Shown here piece by piece: positions 62,985 through 64,000 of a stretch of 64,000 bases of DNA. The translations under genes and the position numbers were made by a program. Position 1 is the first letter of the stretch, and every line of letters starts with the position of its first letter. The DNA is from Mobula birostris (taxonomy: Eukaryota): NCBI RefSeq assembly GCF_030028105.1, contig NC_092401.1, forward strand, positions 7,908,984-7,972,983, read 5' to 3'. The notes beneath the pieces are model-generated. The model had not been told where the DNA came from and did no database searches. It was given only the letters and a program-made list of their open reading frames with translations.

Positions 62985-63895
62985 GTGTGCTTAGCCCACT
63001 GCTCTACTCTCTCCACACCTATGACTCTGTGGCTAGGCACAGTTCAAGTGCCGTCTATAAACTTGCTGACAATACAGCCATTGTCGGCAGACTTTCAGAT
63101 GGTTACAAGAGGTTGTACAGGAGCAAGATACATCAGCTAGTTGAGTGGTGTCACAGCAACAACCTTGCACCCACCATCAGTAAGCTCAAAGAAATTATTG
63201 TGGGGTTCAGAAAGGGTAAGACAAAGGGAACACACACCAGTCCTCAGAGGGATCAGAAGTGGAAAGAGTGAGCAATTTCAAGCTCCTGCATGTTAATATT
63301 GCTGAGGCTCTAACCTGGAGCCAACAGATCCATGCAGCTACAAAGAAGGCACGACAGCGGCTATATTTCACTAGGATTTTGAGAAGATTTTGTATGTCAC
63401 TGAAAACACTCAAAACAGATGTACCATGGACAGCATTCTAACTGGGCAGTATCACTGTCTGGTATTGGGGGCAGTGAGGAGGGTGGGGCTACTGCACGGG
63501 ATCGAAGTGAGGTGCAGAGTTGTAAATTTAGTCAGCTCCATCACAAGCACTAGCTTCTGTAGTATCCAGGACATCTTCAAGCGGTGATGTCTCAAAAAGG
63601 TGGCGTCCATCAATATGGACCCCCATCACCCAGGTCATGACTTGTTCTCATTGCTACCATCAGGAGGAAGGTACAGAAGCCTGAAGACGCACACTCAATG
63701 ATTCAGGAACAGTTACTTCCCATCTGATTTCTGAACGGAATTTGAACCCATGAACACTACGTCACTATATTTTTCTTTCTATTCATGCACCGCTTTTTAA
63801 ACTAATAAAAAAAAAAATCGGGTTTTTTCTCCATTACTATGCACTGCTGTCTCAGGGTCAAACTTTACAATATATACCAGTGATATTAAACCTGA
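62985..63895 (+). mobile_element. Rex1/Babar-type LINE 3' part
   Basis: [12 protein letters not shown]...YKLADNTAIVG; KKARQRLYF. Confidence 0.85.
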
Positions 63896-64000
63896 CACTA
63901 ATTCCTGTGGCACCAACTTTGCCCTACTTGTCAATTTAAGAATATTCTCAACCTCCTCTGTAAACCACAAGCTGTGGGTTCCTCAAAGAACCCCTCTTTC

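Overview
Eukaryotic, repeat-saturated vertebrate DNA. The repeat set (CR1, Rex1/Babar and Penelope retroelements, a tRNA-derived V-domain SINE, Tc1/mariner/Tigger relics) looks like a cartilaginous fish, probably a ray; this is inference. One protein-coding gene could be reconstructed, on the minus strand: an ICAM-family adhesion molecule with six Ig domains. It has 7 exons at 54454-23107, all joined by phase-1 GT-AG introns, encoding about 655 aa; the signal-peptide exon was not found in the window. Almost every other ORF in the track is a transposon fragment or its antisense shadow. Most notable non-genic structures: (i) a Gypsy/chromovirus-type element with two LTRs and only 177 bp between them, a TSD, a nested solo LTR and an exact 11-nt Tf1-type self-priming signature (1945-5017); (ii) intact minimal type-I hammerhead ribozyme motifs at Penelope 3' ends (25479-25518, 54938-54973); (iii) a 1.8-kb fold-back Tc1 derivative whose inversion junction recurs in a second copy (60763-62553, 45394-46248); (iv) short Penelope hairpin units inserted with ~12-bp TSDs. 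Boundaries of degenerate repeats are approximate. No database searches were run.
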